In this document: piece by piece, positions 36,371 to 54,471 of the stretch | How the letters are laid out: every line of letters begins with the position of its first letter | Numbering within the stretch: the stretch's first letter is position 1 | NCBI GenBank assembly: GCA_964016885.1 | Contig: OZ024757.1 | Coordinates: 7,316,001-7,380,000 of the forward strand | DNA: 64,000 nt | Direction of reading: 5' to 3' | Origin: Eledone cirrhosa | Lineage: Eukaryota | The notes under the pieces: generated by a model | The model's database searches: none | What the model was told of the DNA's origin: nothing | What the model saw: the letters and a program-made list of their open reading frames with translations, nothing else | Position numbers and translations under genes: made by a program

Positions 36371-36800
36371 ATATATGTGTGTATAGGATATATATATATA
36401 TGTATGTAGAAAATATATATGTGTGTCTATATATATGTATAGGATATATATAGTGTGTATATAAAATGTATGTATGGTATATGTGTAAAAAAAAATATAT
36501 ATGGTGTGTGTATACGATATATATATATATATATATGTATGTAGAAAATAGATATGTGTATATGTGGTGTGTATATATATGTATGTGTATGAAATTTATG
36601 TATATGTATGTATAGGAGTTTATATATATATATGTATGCATATAAAATATATGTATGTGTGTATGTGATATATATATATATGTATGTACAAGATATGTAT
36701 AATATATATGTATGTTCAGTGTGTATGTGTGTATAAGATATATATATATGTGTATATATATATACATATATATGTATGTGTGTGTATATATATATACACC
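36370..36800. repeat. degenerate TA/TG microsatellite
   Basis: Low-complexity TA/TG run. Confidence 0.9.
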
Positions 36801-36969
36801 CAAGTTAACCAGGAATCTATAAAATTCTTCCCACCGAAGTTAACAAAGAACCAACTCATATTATTATAATATTATAAAATTAAATCAAATATTTTTTAAC
36901 ACTACATGTGAAGTCATTCTTTTCCTTTTCTTCAAATAAACCTAACAGTACCAAGGATCTCACACATGT

Positions 36970-37023
<54 letters not shown>

Positions 37024-38099
37024 TCCACGCTGTAATGTGGTCGTGTAGGTAACACGGTAAAAAGTTCCCAGTTCCACACTGTAAATGTGGTTGGTCTTAG
37101 GAAGGGCATCCAGCCGTAGAAAACCTGCCAGATAGTCCTATATGAGCGAGACATGGTCACCCGACCAACCTTCCCTCAAGTGGGACAACTCCTGTCTAAC
37201 CCATGCTAGCGTGGAAAATGGACGTTAAACGAAGATGATGAGGATGAGGATATATATATACATACAGCACTCACTGTAAATGAGGTTGGTGTTAGGAAGG
37301 GCATCCAGCTGTAGAAATCAAGCCAAAATCAGTTACTGTCCCACCCTTGCAAGCAGGGAAAAAGCGGATGTAAAATGAAATGATGATGATGATGATGATG
37401 AAATGACAAGGGTGAGTCAAAATATAATGCAATTTTTGTCATAGAAAACATCATACTTCGGGACTGGGCATATCAAAAGTTCGAAATAACAGAGGTAAAC
37501 TTGTTTCCATCATTATCTTTTCCTGCTTATTTCAAGATTCACTTCTTTTAATATTTTCAAATATCAATACTTCCGGCTAAGATATAATGGACGCTATATC
37601 ACATTGCTTATATTTCCATCACTAAATTTCACCATGATGCAGTTTATATATAATATCATTTTTTTTAAATGTATCATGGATTACTTTACTGATTACAGAA
37701 GAAAGTGTAACACACTCTCTTCAATTTCTGTGGATATTGTCAATTACAATTTTATTTGAGATATCATATCTACATGTATGTATATTTGTGTATAATATCA
37801 ATATACACACTACACATGCCAGCAGAAAACCAACACAACAGCAACAACAACAAAAAACAAGACAAAGATTACCAGGTAACTTACTTTTTAGTCTATTTTA
37901 CATTGTTTAGTCTTATATTACTTTCCACATTTTACGTATATGTGTGTGTATTTATATATATATATGTATTGAGTGCCTTATATGCTGTGGTTATCCCGAT
38001 TTCACTTGGGATCTCACACACACACACATATATATATGTATGTTTGTCTCATCTCACACACACACATATATATATGTTTATCCCAGGTTCAATCTGGGG

Positions 38100-41000
38100 T
38101 AACCACAGTAAGTACGGTACTCAATACATAGCAGAGTATGAATATTTAATATAGAAATGGCTTCTAATCAGGAAGCTTCCTGATGATTTCTCCCGAATGA
38201 ATCAAGTCTAGTCCTGTAGAAGCCATGTCTATATTAAATATATTGAGGGTAGACGGCCCTCGTGTTACCTCTGCGGAACCAGAGGTCACCTGAGGGCTGT
38301 CTGTCCCCAACTTAATAAGAAAACCCCAATCCTGCCTACACCACCAACAACTGCACAACCAACACAATCACCACAACTACCACTACAAAAACAACCACCA
38401 CAGCTCAAACCAAAACAAAACAATGTCCAACCCATCAACTCCACTCAAAAAACAAAAACAATTTCCAAAACACCCATACCGCAAACACAACCCTCCCCTC
38501 CAACGCGGAAGATGACCCTAGTTCGTCGTCAGACGAGGAGGAGCACTTCCACACAATCAAAAGAAAAAAAAGAAAACACACCTCAGACACACAAATGAAA
38601 AAAAACCCTCCCCAAAACATAACACTGACACCAACACAAAAGAGCTCACAACAACAGCAAACAAAAAACACCACACAAAAACAAAAACATGCATACACAT
38701 ACATAAATACAAGAAACAAAAAACTGTTAAACATTGTGTACAACAACAATCTAATAAAAACACAAGGGCCTAACTTCACCCAGGCAGGGGATTTCCCCCA
38801 CCTCAAAATGATTAAGGCCCCACAGGACACCTATAAAACTTTAAAAAACAATTTTAAAGAGGACGTGGGTCCCCCCTGCGTTGGGCCCATTAACCACGTC
38901 CTTCTAAAAAACTATCCCACCCCCTCCCCAAACACCCACACAACTCCAAGCTCCCCAACCACACAACACACTGATGCCCCCACACTTCCACAAACCACCC
39001 CCCCACCCAACAACCCACCCCCCACCCAACAACCCACCCCCCACCCTAATGGAAATTGTGCAGCCCGATACCCGGGACGCAGAGAGGTAAGTGCCTTTTC
39101 TCTTCACCACCAACATGGCTATGCTAAGAGTAGGCTGTTTAAATGCGCGTGGCCTGGGCTCAACTTGGAAGCAAGCAATGCTTCTAAATGACCTCAGGTC
39201 ACAACGTATAGATGTGATGGTTATTTGCGAGGCCCGGATCAGCAACGTGCGACAGCTGGCCCCCACCTTTGATGACTTTGAGATGCACGCATCTCTCTGT
39301 CAGCCCGGAGGTGGGGGTGGAGTTGTCGTTCTGCTGCAAAAACATCTGGGTCTCGCAACACAGATGGTACATTTGGACCCGGAGGGTCGACTAGTGGTTC
39401 TGGACCTTGGCAGTGGTAAAGGCGGAGCGTTTAGGTTGGTAGCCGCCTACGGCCCTTTCGGGTCAATGCGGCCGGACTTCTTCCATCGTCTGGAGACTTT
39501 TCTAGGGACGTCCCGCTCCTTGCTATTTGTGGGGGACTGGAATGGTATCCTAGATGGACGCTGGGACTACGTAGGGGCCTGCCCCGATAGAGAGGGGTGT
39601 AATAGCCTCAAAGGGTTAATCGGTCGATTTGACCTGGCCGATAGATATCGACTAGATTTTCCGACTGCGCCAACCTGGACTTGGGCAAATCGTAGCGGAT
39701 CATCTAGGTCGTACCTAGATAGGTTCTTAGTTAGAATTAAGGATAAGGACTTTTTAAGTTGTCCAAAAATGCGCATGGTTGGCTATTCAGACCACAAATT
39801 AGTGACCTGCATGGTCAACCTTGACAGAACTCATAGACAGGGCCCCGGTTACTGGAAGCTCAACTTGTCCTTGCCGGCAAGTAGAGCCTACAGGAATCGG
39901 ATTAGTACGTTAGTTAAGGAACGGTTGACTGGAGCGATCGTCAATAGCAGGTGGTGGGTATCTCTAAAGAGAGAGATTAGAGTAGTCTCGATAGAATTTA
40001 GTAAGGTTCTAGCTGCGGATAGGAATAGGAAGGAAAGGGAGCTAATAGATAGAGTAGAAGAGGCAATTAGAAGCGGCGACGTGGCCAGAGTGCTAGCGTC
40101 GAGAACGGCTTTGAGCCAGTTTTTTGACGCGAAGCACGAAGGCTGCGTTGTCCGAAGTAAAATACGTGCTCTAGGGAACGAGGGGACCAAAGCTGTTAGC
40201 TGGGCCCGCGTGACAGAGGCCAACAGTGGAACTAAATCCACCATCCGGTCTTTGCTAGACCTGGATGGACGGGCGATTCTTGAGCCTAAGCAGATGTGTG
40301 AGGCCTTTCAAAGGCACTTTGCCCGACTGTTCGGGAGGGGCGGGGAGCCGGTTGGGAACGTGGACTTCGGTCCATACCTCGACGGCCTGCCGCGCCTCTC
40401 GGACAGGGTGGCGAAGTCCTGCGAGGAGCCGATTTCGGCCGCTGAGACAGAGGACGTGCTGAGCCAATGCGGCAAACGCAAATCCCCGGGTCTCGATGGT
40501 CTTCCTTACGAATTATATCTAGCTATGCCGGACTTGTTCCCCGATCTCCTCGAGGCGGTCTACTGCAACTGGCAACAGAACGGGAGAATTCCCTGTACTG
40601 TGACCAAGGGCGTAGTCACGCTAGTGAGGAAGGACGAGAACAAGGGGGACGAAATAAGTAACTTCAGGCCCATAACTCTGCTAAATACAGAGTCACAGAT
40701 TTTGGCCAAGGTGCTAGCAAAGAGGTTGGCGCTTGTCGTGGGCCACCTGGTGGGAGATGCGCAGACATGCGCTATCCCGTCCAGGTCCATCCATGACAAC
40801 CTCCACCTCATGCGATACATCATAGAGAGGGTTGGGAACGAACCCGGCTTTGGTGGGGCTCTGATCAACTTGGATCAATCTAAGGCGTTCGATAGGGTCG
40901 ACCATGGTTACCTGGATGCGGTGCTAGCGGCGGCAGGCTTCGGACCCATTTTCAGGGGCTGGATCACTGCTATGCACAGCAGCGGCATCTGCTCTAGGGT

Positions 41001-42540
41001 CAAGGTGAACGGCTACCTCTCGGAGCCGTTCAAAATCGCGCGGTCCATCCGACAAGGGTGCCCTCTCTCCTCCCTTCTGTATGTGTTGACTCTCGAGCCA
41101 CTACTGCGGAAGTTGGAGTTGTTGCAGGGCATCCCTTTGGAACCGGGATTGCGGAAAGCGGTGTCGGCCTACGCCGATGACGTGACAGTAATGGTGTCGA
41201 CGGCCTCCGAAATCGAGGCGGTCGGCACCTTACTGGAGGAGTACAAAAAGTTCACAGGGGCTAAGCTGAACCGGGACAAGTCGATCGGTTTGCAACTCGG
41301 CACGTGGAGGGGCAGACCGATGCCCTCCGATGGCGTCGTCGGACGCTGGACGGAGGGCCCGGTGAAGTTGCTCGGGGTCTGGTTCGGACCGGACCTCCAG
41401 GTGGAGAAAAACTGGGTGGAGGTTACGAACAGGGTGTTTGCACTGACCCAGAAGTGGGCCAGTTGCAAACTATCCCTGAAAGGTCGGGCGGAGGTGGCGA
41501 ACACCTACATAGCGTCCGTCATCTACTACCGCCTGACCGTAGTGCCCTGCCCAAGGGAAACCCTCACCAAGATGGAGCGCGCGCACTTCCAATTCCTTTG
41601 GAAGAGGCGGGCTCCTATGGTGAGGAGATCCATCTGCTGTCAACACCCTTCGAAAGGAGGGCTGGGGATGCCGTGGCTAATGATGCGTAAACACGCATTA
41701 AGGCTACGGCACCTCTACGTATTCCTCACCGGACAACCGGTGTGGGCCTCGTTTGTGAGACGAACCTTTCCCAGACTCGTCTCACTCACCGAGCTGCAAT
41801 CCTGGGTCAAGCAAAGACCGAGAAAACTGGGCGCCTGGCACACTGAGTGTGCCCAGGCGCTCACCGCCCTCTGGCAGGCGGATCCGGTTATCAGTGGAGA
41901 CTCCACCGCAACATTCTATAGAGGGCTGGTACGCAGCAGGTGCGACGACGCCCTCGGAGAAGCCCTAGACATGGAGGAGGACGAACTGGCCGGCCTGTTC
42001 GGTAGGACATTCAGCCCGGGACCTATGGACAACTTCCAGAAGTCCCTGGCCTGGCAGTGCTACCGAGGGGCTTTACCCGTTCGAGAAAGGCTCTACACAC
42101 ACGGGCGCCCGGGTAGGGACCCCGCCAAAAAGATCTGTCCCAGATGCGTGTGCGACGAGGAAACCGTTGCACACGCATTGGTACACTGCTCGGGCGTAGC
42201 CGATCTGTGGGGCTATGTTGAACAACTGCTGTCAAGGGTGGGACCGATCCGGTTGACCACCGAGTCTATTGTAATGATCAAGCCGCCTCCCCCCTTCAAA
42301 GATGAAGCAGAGGCGGTGTTTCTGTGCGTAATAGCCATGGCGAAAGAGGTTGTATGGTGGACGCGTCTGAAAGGACTGAGGTCAGGCACCTTTCTCTCTG
42401 GCCAACAACTGGTCCGTTTCTTCCATTATCATTTCGGAAGAAGGATCAGGATGGAGAGAGAGGTGCTGCACCCCAGCCGTTTCTATGAAAGATGGGTGAA
42501 AGTGGAGAGAATGGCCCGTATGAATGGGCCTTCACCCTAA
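38100..42540 (+). mobile_element. Tx1/L1-clade LINE (degenerate ORF1 C-terminus plus intact ORF2)
   Basis: CCHC knuckle EGRRPSCYLCGTRGHLRAVCP at 38245-38310, then a Pro/Thr/Gln-rich region, then ORF2. Ends abruptly at (TA)n. Confidence 0.85.
39115..42540 (+). CDS. Tx1-like ORF2: APE endonuclease, reverse transcriptase, C-terminal CCHC
   Basis: LNARGL, GDWN, SYLDR, SDH; KSPGLDGL, NFRPITLLN, LDQSKAFDRV, RQGCPLS, YADD; CPRC...ETVAHALVHC. No stops over ~1140 codons. Confidence 0.95.
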   Translation: MAMLRVGCLNARGLGSTWKQAMLLNDLRSQRIDVMVICEARISNVRQLAPTFDDFEMHASLCQPGGGGGVVVLLQKHLGLATQMVHLDPEGRLVVLDLGSGKGGAFRLVAAYGPFGSMRPDFFHRLETFLGTSRSLLFVGDWNGILDGRWDYVGACPDREGCNSLKGLIGRFDLADRYRLDFPTAPTWTWANRSGSSRSYLDRFLVRIKDKDFLSCPKMRMVGYSDHKLVTCMVNLDRTHRQGPGYWKLNLSLPASRAYRNRISTLVKERLTGAIVNSRWWVSLKREIRVVSIEFSKVLAADRNRKERELIDRVEEAIRSGDVARVLASRTALSQFFDAKHEGCVVRSKIRALGNEGTKAVSWARVTEANSGTKSTIRSLLDLDGRAILEPKQMCEAFQRHFARLFGRGGEPVGNVDFGPYLDGLPRLSDRVAKSCEEPISAAETEDVLSQCGKRKSPGLDGLPYELYLAMPDLFPDLLEAVYCNWQQNGRIPCTVTKGVVTLVRKDENKGDEISNFRPITLLNTESQILAKVLAKRLALVVGHLVGDAQTCAIPSRSIHDNLHLMRYIIERVGNEPGFGGALINLDQSKAFDRVDHGYLDAVLAAAGFGPIFRGWITAMHSSGICSRVKVNGYLSEPFKIARSIRQGCPLSSLLYVLTLEPLLRKLELLQGIPLEPGLRKAVSAYADDVTVMVSTASEIEAVGTLLEEYKKFTGAKLNRDKSIGLQLGTWRGRPMPSDGVVGRWTEGPVKLLGVWFGPDLQVEKNWVEVTNRVFALTQKWASCKLSLKGRAEVANTYIASVIYYRLTVVPCPRETLTKMERAHFQFLWKRRAPMVRRSICCQHPSKGGLGMPWLMMRKHALRLRHLYVFLTGQPVWASFVRRTFPRLVSLTELQSWVKQRPRKLGAWHTECAQALTALWQADPVISGDSTATFYRGLVRSRCDDALGEALDMEEDELAGLFGRTFSPGPMDNFQKSLAWQCYRGALPVRERLYTHGRPGRDPAKKICPRCVCDEETVAHALVHCSGVADLWGYVEQLLSRVGPIRLTTESIVMIKPPPPFKDEAEAVFLCVIAMAKEVVWWTRLKGLRSGTFLSGQQLVRFFHYHFGRRIRMEREVLHPSRFYERWVKVERMARMNGPSP

Positions 42541-42550
42541 ATATATATAT

Positions 42551-42892
42551 CATCATCATCATTTCATTTTACATCCACTTTTCCCTGCTTGCAAGGGTGG
42601 GACGGGAACTGATTCTGGCTTGATTTCTACACCTGGATGCTATTCCTAACACCAACCTCATTTACAGTGAGTGGTGGGTGTTTTTTTTTGCCGTGGCACC
42701 TCCACGACGACTTTGCAGTGGAAAGATAGGGACCCTAGTCCCTATCATCTCATTTCTACAGCTGAGTACGCTGGAGCAATGTGAAATAAAGTGTCTTGCT
42801 CAAGGAAACAACACATCACCTGGTCTGAGAAATGAGCTCACAACTTTTCGATTGCAAGGCCAATGCTCTAACCACTAAGCCATGTGCCTCCA
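42551..42892 (-). mobile_element. tRNA/CORE SINE with RTE-derived tail
   Basis: Near-identical to 21061-21400. Confidence 0.85.
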
Positions 42893-42894
42893 TC

Positions 42895-42934
42895 CATCCA
42901 TATATATATATATATATATATATGTACGTATGTA

Positions 42935-42968
<34 letters not shown>

Positions 42969-42980
42969 CACATACATATA

Positions 42981-43029
<49 letters not shown>

Positions 43030-43077
43030 CGTACATATATATATATACATACATACATATATATATATACATACATA

Positions 43078-43122
<45 letters not shown>

Positions 43123-43348
43123 ATACATATATATATATATACATACATATATATATATATACATACATACATATATACGTACACATACACATACATATAT
43201 ATATATATATACAGATACATATATATATACACATATATATATACACATACATATATATATATATATACACATACATATATATATATATACACATACATAT
43301 ATATATATACACATACATATATATATATACACATACATATATATATAT

Positions 43349-43380
<32 letters not shown>

Positions 43381-43658
43381 AAATACATATATATATATAT
43401 ATACACACACATATATATATAAATACACACACATATATATATATACACATACATATATATATATATACACATACATATATATATACACATACATATATAT
43501 ATATATATACACATACATATATACACATACATATATATATATATACACATACATATATATATATATACACATACATATATATATATATACACATACACAT
43601 ATATATATATATATATACATACATATATATATATATATACATACATACATATATATAT

Positions 43659-43717
<59 letters not shown>

Positions 43718-43842
43718 CATACATACATATACATACATACATATATATATATACATACATATATATATATATATATACATACATATATATATAAACATAC
43801 ATATATATATATATATATATACATACATATATATATATATAT

Positions 43843-43873
<31 letters not shown>

Positions 43874-43881
43874 CATACATA

Positions 43882-43943
<62 letters not shown>

Positions 43944-43990
43944 CATATAGATATATATACATACATATATATATACATACATATATATAT

Positions 43991-44059
<69 letters not shown>

Positions 44060-44200
44060 CATACATACATACATATACATACATACATATATATATACAT
44101 ACATATATATATACATACATATATATATACATACATATATATATATATATATATACATACATACATATATATACATACATACATACATATATATACATAC

Positions 44201-44233
<33 letters not shown>

Positions 44234-44400
44234 CATACATATATATACATATATATATACATATACATATATACATATATATATACATATACATACATAT
44301 ATATATATACATATACATACATATATATATATACATATACATACATATATATATACATATACATATACATATACATTATATATATACATATACATATACA

Positions 44401-44476
<76 letters not shown>

Positions 44477-44599
44477 CGTATATATATATATACATATATA
44501 TATATACATATATATATATACATACATACATACATATATATATACATACATATATATATACATACATATATATATATACATATATATATATATACATAC

Positions 44600-44632
<33 letters not shown>

Positions 44633-44757
44633 CATACATATATATACATATATATATATATACATACATATATATATATACATATATATATATACATATA
44701 TATATATACATATATATATATATACATACATATATATATATACATATATATATATAC

Positions 44758-44790
<33 letters not shown>

Positions 44791-44832
44791 CATACATATA
44801 TATATATATACTTACATATATATATATATACA
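42895..44832. repeat. ~1.9-kb compound (TA)n/(TACA)n microsatellite
   Basis: Almost only TA and CA dinucleotides. Confidence 0.97.
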
Positions 44833-45771
44833 TATATATATATACATATATAACTTTGAATAACTTTGAAATGGTTTGGCCAGTATTGGCCCAGGCCATG
44901 TCTAACTTAATAGCACCACCTGGCGAAGTCTTTCAATTCAGGATTTGGGCACCATGGCCCATTCGAGAAGAGAATTACTGTTTGCGGAGACATATCCGGG
45001 TGTGGGTGGTTTGTCCGGGATTACTTGGAGGAATTTGTCCAAAGACTTCTTGAATTTTGTGTGGTCAGTTTCTGTTTTGACGTGTCCTGGTGTGATGTTG
45101 AAGAGAGCAGGGCCGATTGAGGTGAAATAATTGTGCCGTATTGTTGTTATGAGTTGCGATTTAGATTTTTGAATGGGACGGATAGCACGGGGCCCAAGCC
45201 TTGGGTGTATCTTGAAGGCGATGCCAACATCATTTGGGCAGTGATGATGGAACATTTTCCACATCATGCAGATAATATAACGCTCACGGCGACGTTGGAG
45301 TGAGTAAAGTTTCAGGTTTTCTACTCGACCCCAGTAGTCAAGGTCTGACATGCCATCTATCTTTTTCGTGATTGCCCTTTGAGGAGCTTCAAGTTTCATG
45401 ATACTTTGTTTCGTGTGGGGAGACCACAGTGGACAACAGTATTCAAGGTGTGGTCGGGCAAAAGTAGAGAAGAGAAGGATAATGGTGCGGGAATCTCTCG
45501 ACTGGAAGGTTCTGAGGATCCAGGAACACATTCTGCGGGCCATGTCAACTTTGCTGCTTATATGCGTGGTCCAGCTTATGTTGCTGTCCACGGTTACTCC
45601 CAAGTCTCTGATGTTGTTAGATGCCACGAGAGTTTCCCCGGAGGGAAGGGAGTACGGGAGTTTCAGAGCATCCTCTTTTCCAAAGTGGATCAGTTCGAAT
45701 TTGTCTTCGTTCAGTAACATGTTGTTCTTTTCCGCCCATTGGGTAACAGCCAGTAGGTCTGACTGAAGGCT
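44832..45771 (-). mobile_element. CR1-group LINE 3' end
   Basis: LQSDL...W...[33 protein letters not shown], then a short 3' UTR ending in a TTCAAAGTTA tandem tail. Confidence 0.88.
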
Positions 45772-45834
45772 TATATATATATATATATACATACATATAT
45801 ATATACATACATATATATATATATACATACATAC

Positions 45835-45901
<67 letters not shown>

Positions 45902-45913
45902 CATACATACATA

Positions 45914-50536
<4,623 letters not shown>

Positions 50537-50669
50537 TACATACATATATATATATATACATACATATATATATATACATACATATATATATATATACATA
50601 CATATATATATATATATATACATACATATATATATATATACATACATATATATATATATATATACATAC

Positions 50670-50700
<31 letters not shown>

Positions 50701-50754
50701 CATACATATATATATATATATATACATACATATATATATATATATATACATACA

Positions 50755-52396
50755 AAAGTAAACCCCTCTACTTAGCTTTTGTTGACTTGGAGAAAGCCTT
50801 CGACAGAGTCCCCCGCTCCATTATCTGGTGGGCTCTTAGAAAACTAGGTGTTGATGAATGGCTTGTGAGAGCTATACAAGCCATGTATAAAGAAACAGTC
50901 AGCAAGGTTAGAATTAACAACGAATATAGTGAAGAGTTTAGCGTAAAAGTTGGTGTCCATCAGGGCTCTGTTCTCAGCCCCCTACTATTTATTATTGCCC
51001 TTCAGGCTATAACAGAGGAGTTCAAGACAGGCTGCCCATGGGAACTCCTATACGCAGACGACCTGACACTCATAGCTGAATCAATGGCCGAGCTAGAGAA
51101 GAAATTCCAAACATGGAAGCACGGCCTAGAGTCAAAAGGACTTAAAATTAACCTGGCTAAGACTAAAGTTCTAGTTTGTAGGAAAGAAAATAAGGCGGCG
51201 GTCCCTTCCGGGAAACGGCCATGCTCAGTGTGTAGGAAAGGCGTAGGTAGAAACTCCATTTTATGTCCCAAATGCAAAGTATGGGTGCATAAAAGATGTA
51301 GTGGGATCACAGGTAAGCTAACTAAGAACTTAGATTTTACATGTAGGCGGTGCTCTGGTGCAATAAGTAGCAGCAAGTGCCCACTAAATACTAACTCTTT
51401 CAATTGCGCAGAGGGCTCTATAGAAATAGTGGACAGCTTCCGTTACCTGGGTGACAAAATCAGCAGTGGGGGAGGGTGCTCTGAAAGCACAGTAGCTAGA
51501 GTCAGAACTGGATGGAAAAAGTTCAGAGAGCTTATACCACTATTAGCCGCTAAAGGGTTCTCCCTAAAAATGAAAGGCAGGTTGTATGATGCTTGCATAC
51601 GAACAGCAATGTTGCATGGCAGTGAGACCTGGGCATTGTGCGCAGAGGATATACGCAGACTAGAGAGGAACGAAGCTTGCATGCTCCGCTGGATGTGTAA
51701 TAGTAATATACGTGAACGGCAAAGCATAAACGAACTAAGGAAAAAATTAGAAATAAGAGGGATCAGATGTTGTTTACTCGAGAGAAGGCTTCGTTGGTAC
51801 GGACACGTGATGCGCATGAAAGTCGATAGCTGTATAACAAAGTGCAGGGCAATAAAGATAGACGGTAGCCACGGAATAGGCAGACCTAGAAAATCCTGGG
51901 ACGAGCTGATAAACTCCGACCTCACACACTTACACCTCTCCAAGACAATGTCACTGGACCGAGACCTTTGGCGGTACTCAGTAATAGAGAAGACCCGCCT
52001 TACCTAAATACAAAGTAAAACCTACTACAGTCAGTAGGCATCTCTAACAAAATACACCCCCGTACCACCCCCCCACCCCATCCACACCGCCCCTTTCAAT
52101 GTAAAGTTATGTTGGTGCCACAACATCCAGGCCGAAACAAATGAGATCGTGTAGGTGTCACAACAAAAAAACACACAGTCCATGCTGTAATGTGGCCGTG
52201 TAGGCAACATGGTAAAAACCTCCCAGACCCACACTGTAAATGTGGTTGGTGTTAGGAAGGGCATCCAACTGTAGAAAACCTGCCAGACAGTCCTATGCGA
52301 GCAAGACAATCACTCTTGCCTCAAGTGGGAAAACCCCCGTCCAAACCCATGCAAGCGTGGAACACGGACGTTAAACGATGATGATGATGATGATGA
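50755..52396 (+). mobile_element. RTE 3' half with open RT C-terminal ORF (50787-52007)
   Basis: [25 protein letters not shown]-like insert, FRYLG, then 3' UTR and (GAT)n. Confidence 0.92.
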
Positions 52397-52399
52397 TAT

Positions 52400-52612
52400 A
52401 TATATAACATTAGAAATATGTTTTATATATATATATATATATATATAAATAACATTAGAAATATGTTTTATATATATATATATATAAATAACATTACAGA
52501 TATATTTTATATATATATATAAATAACATTACAAATATGTTGTATATATATATATAAATAACATTACAGATATGTTTTATATATATAAATAACATTACAG
52601 ATATGTTATATA
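52400..52612. repeat. AT-rich minisatellite (AAATAACATTACAGATATGTTT plus variable TA)
   Basis: About 6 units with variable (TA)n spacers. Confidence 0.8.
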
Positions 52613-54152
52613 TCATCATCATCATCATCATCTTCGTTTAACGTCCATTTTCCACGCTAGCATGGGTTAGACGGGAGTTGTCCCACTTGAGGTAAGGTTA
52701 GTCGGGTGACCGTGTCTCGCTCATATAGAACTATCTGGCAGATTTTCTACGGCTGGATGCCCTTCCTAACACCAACCACATTTACAGTGTGGAACTTGGA
52801 ACTTTTTACCGTGTTATCTACACGGCCACATTACAGCGTAGACTGTGTGTTTTGTCGTGATACCTACACGATCTCGATCTCATTATCTCATATATTTGGA
52901 CTGGATGTTGTGGTACCAACTTTATAGAGAGAGGGTGGTGTTGGTGGGAGTGGGAGGATAGGGTAGGGGTAGTGGATTAGGGTGTATATTTGGTTAAGAG
53001 GAGGCTACTGACTGTAGGTTTCCCTTTGTACATAGGCAAGGCAGGTCTTCTGTATTACTGGGTAGCGCCAAAGATCTTGGTCCAGTGACATTGTCTTAGA
53101 GAGGTGCAAGTCTGTAAGGTCGGAATTTATCAAATCGTCCCAGGTTTTTCTGGGTCTGCCTACTCCGTAACTACCATCAATATTGATCGCCCCGCACTTT
53201 TTTATACAACTGTCATCTCTCATGCGCATCATGTGACCATACCAACGTAGTCTTCTCTCGTGTAAACAACATCTGATCCCTCTTATTCCTAATTTCTCAC
53301 TTAGTTCATTTATGCTTTGCCGTTCACGTATATTACTATTACACATCTAACGGAGCATGCATGCTTCGTTCCTTTCCCGTCTACGCAGGCACTCTGCACG
53401 CAACGCCCATGTCTCACTGCCATGTAGCATTGCTGTTCGTATGCAGGCATCATACAATCTGCCTTTCATTTTTAGAGAGAACCCTTTCGTGGCCAATAGT
53501 GGTATAAGCTCTCTGAACTTTTTCCATCCCGTTCTGACTCTGGCTACTGTACTTTCTGAGTACCCTCCCCCACTGCTGATTTCGTCACCCAGGTAATGGA
53601 AAGTGTCTACTATTTCTATGGAACCATCTGAGCAATAGAAGGGGCTAGTATCCTGTGGACACTTGCTACCTATGTCACCTGAGCATCGGCCACATATAAA
53701 GTCTACGTTCTTAGATAGTTTACCTGTGATCCCACTACATCTTTATGTACCCATACTTTGCATTTGGGACATAAAATTGAATCTCTGCCCTCTCCTTTCC
53801 TACACAATGAGCAAGGCCATTTCCCTGTGGGTACCTGTGCCTTATTTTCATTTCTACAAACTAGGACTTTAGTCTTAGACAAGTTAACTTTAAGGCCTTT
53901 TGATTCTAGGCCATGCTTCCATGTTTGGAATTTCTTCTCTAGTTCAGGCTTTGATTCAGCTATGAGCGTTAGATCATCTGCATATAAGAGTTCCCATGGG
54001 CAGCCCGTCTTGAACTCCTCTGTTATAGCCTGAAGGGCAATAATAAATAGGAGGGGGTTAAGGACAGAGCCTTGGTGATCACCAACTTTTACACTAAATT
54101 CTTCACAATATTCATTGTTAATTCTAACCTTACTGACTGTTTCATTATACAT
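52612..54152 (-). mobile_element. RTE 3' half, same family as 50755-52396, tail-to-tail
   Basis: ORFs 53703-54152 and 53005-53346 are homologous to the 50787 ORF. Confidence 0.9.
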
Positions 54153-54164
54153 AGATTGTATATA

Positions 54165-54284
<120 letters not shown>

Positions 54285-54471
54285 TTATATATATCATCAT
54301 CATCATCATCATCATTTTACGTCCACTTTTCCCTGCTAGCAAGAGTGGGACGGGAACCGATTCTGGCTGATTTCTACAGTTGGATGCCCTTCCTAACACC
54401 AACCTCATTTACAGTGAGTGCTGGGTGCTTTTTTCCGTGGCACCTACATGACCATATATATATATATAATA

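Noticed and set aside
37408-37730. Mariner-like terminus (CAAGGGTGAGTCAAAA)
   Set aside because: No matching right TIR or transposase motif was found.
42832-45053. Long Tyr/Ile-rich ORFs (450-720 aa)
   Set aside because: These are translations of TA/CA microsatellite lacking stop codons. The same applies to ORFs at 6088, 36336, 50386 and 54072.
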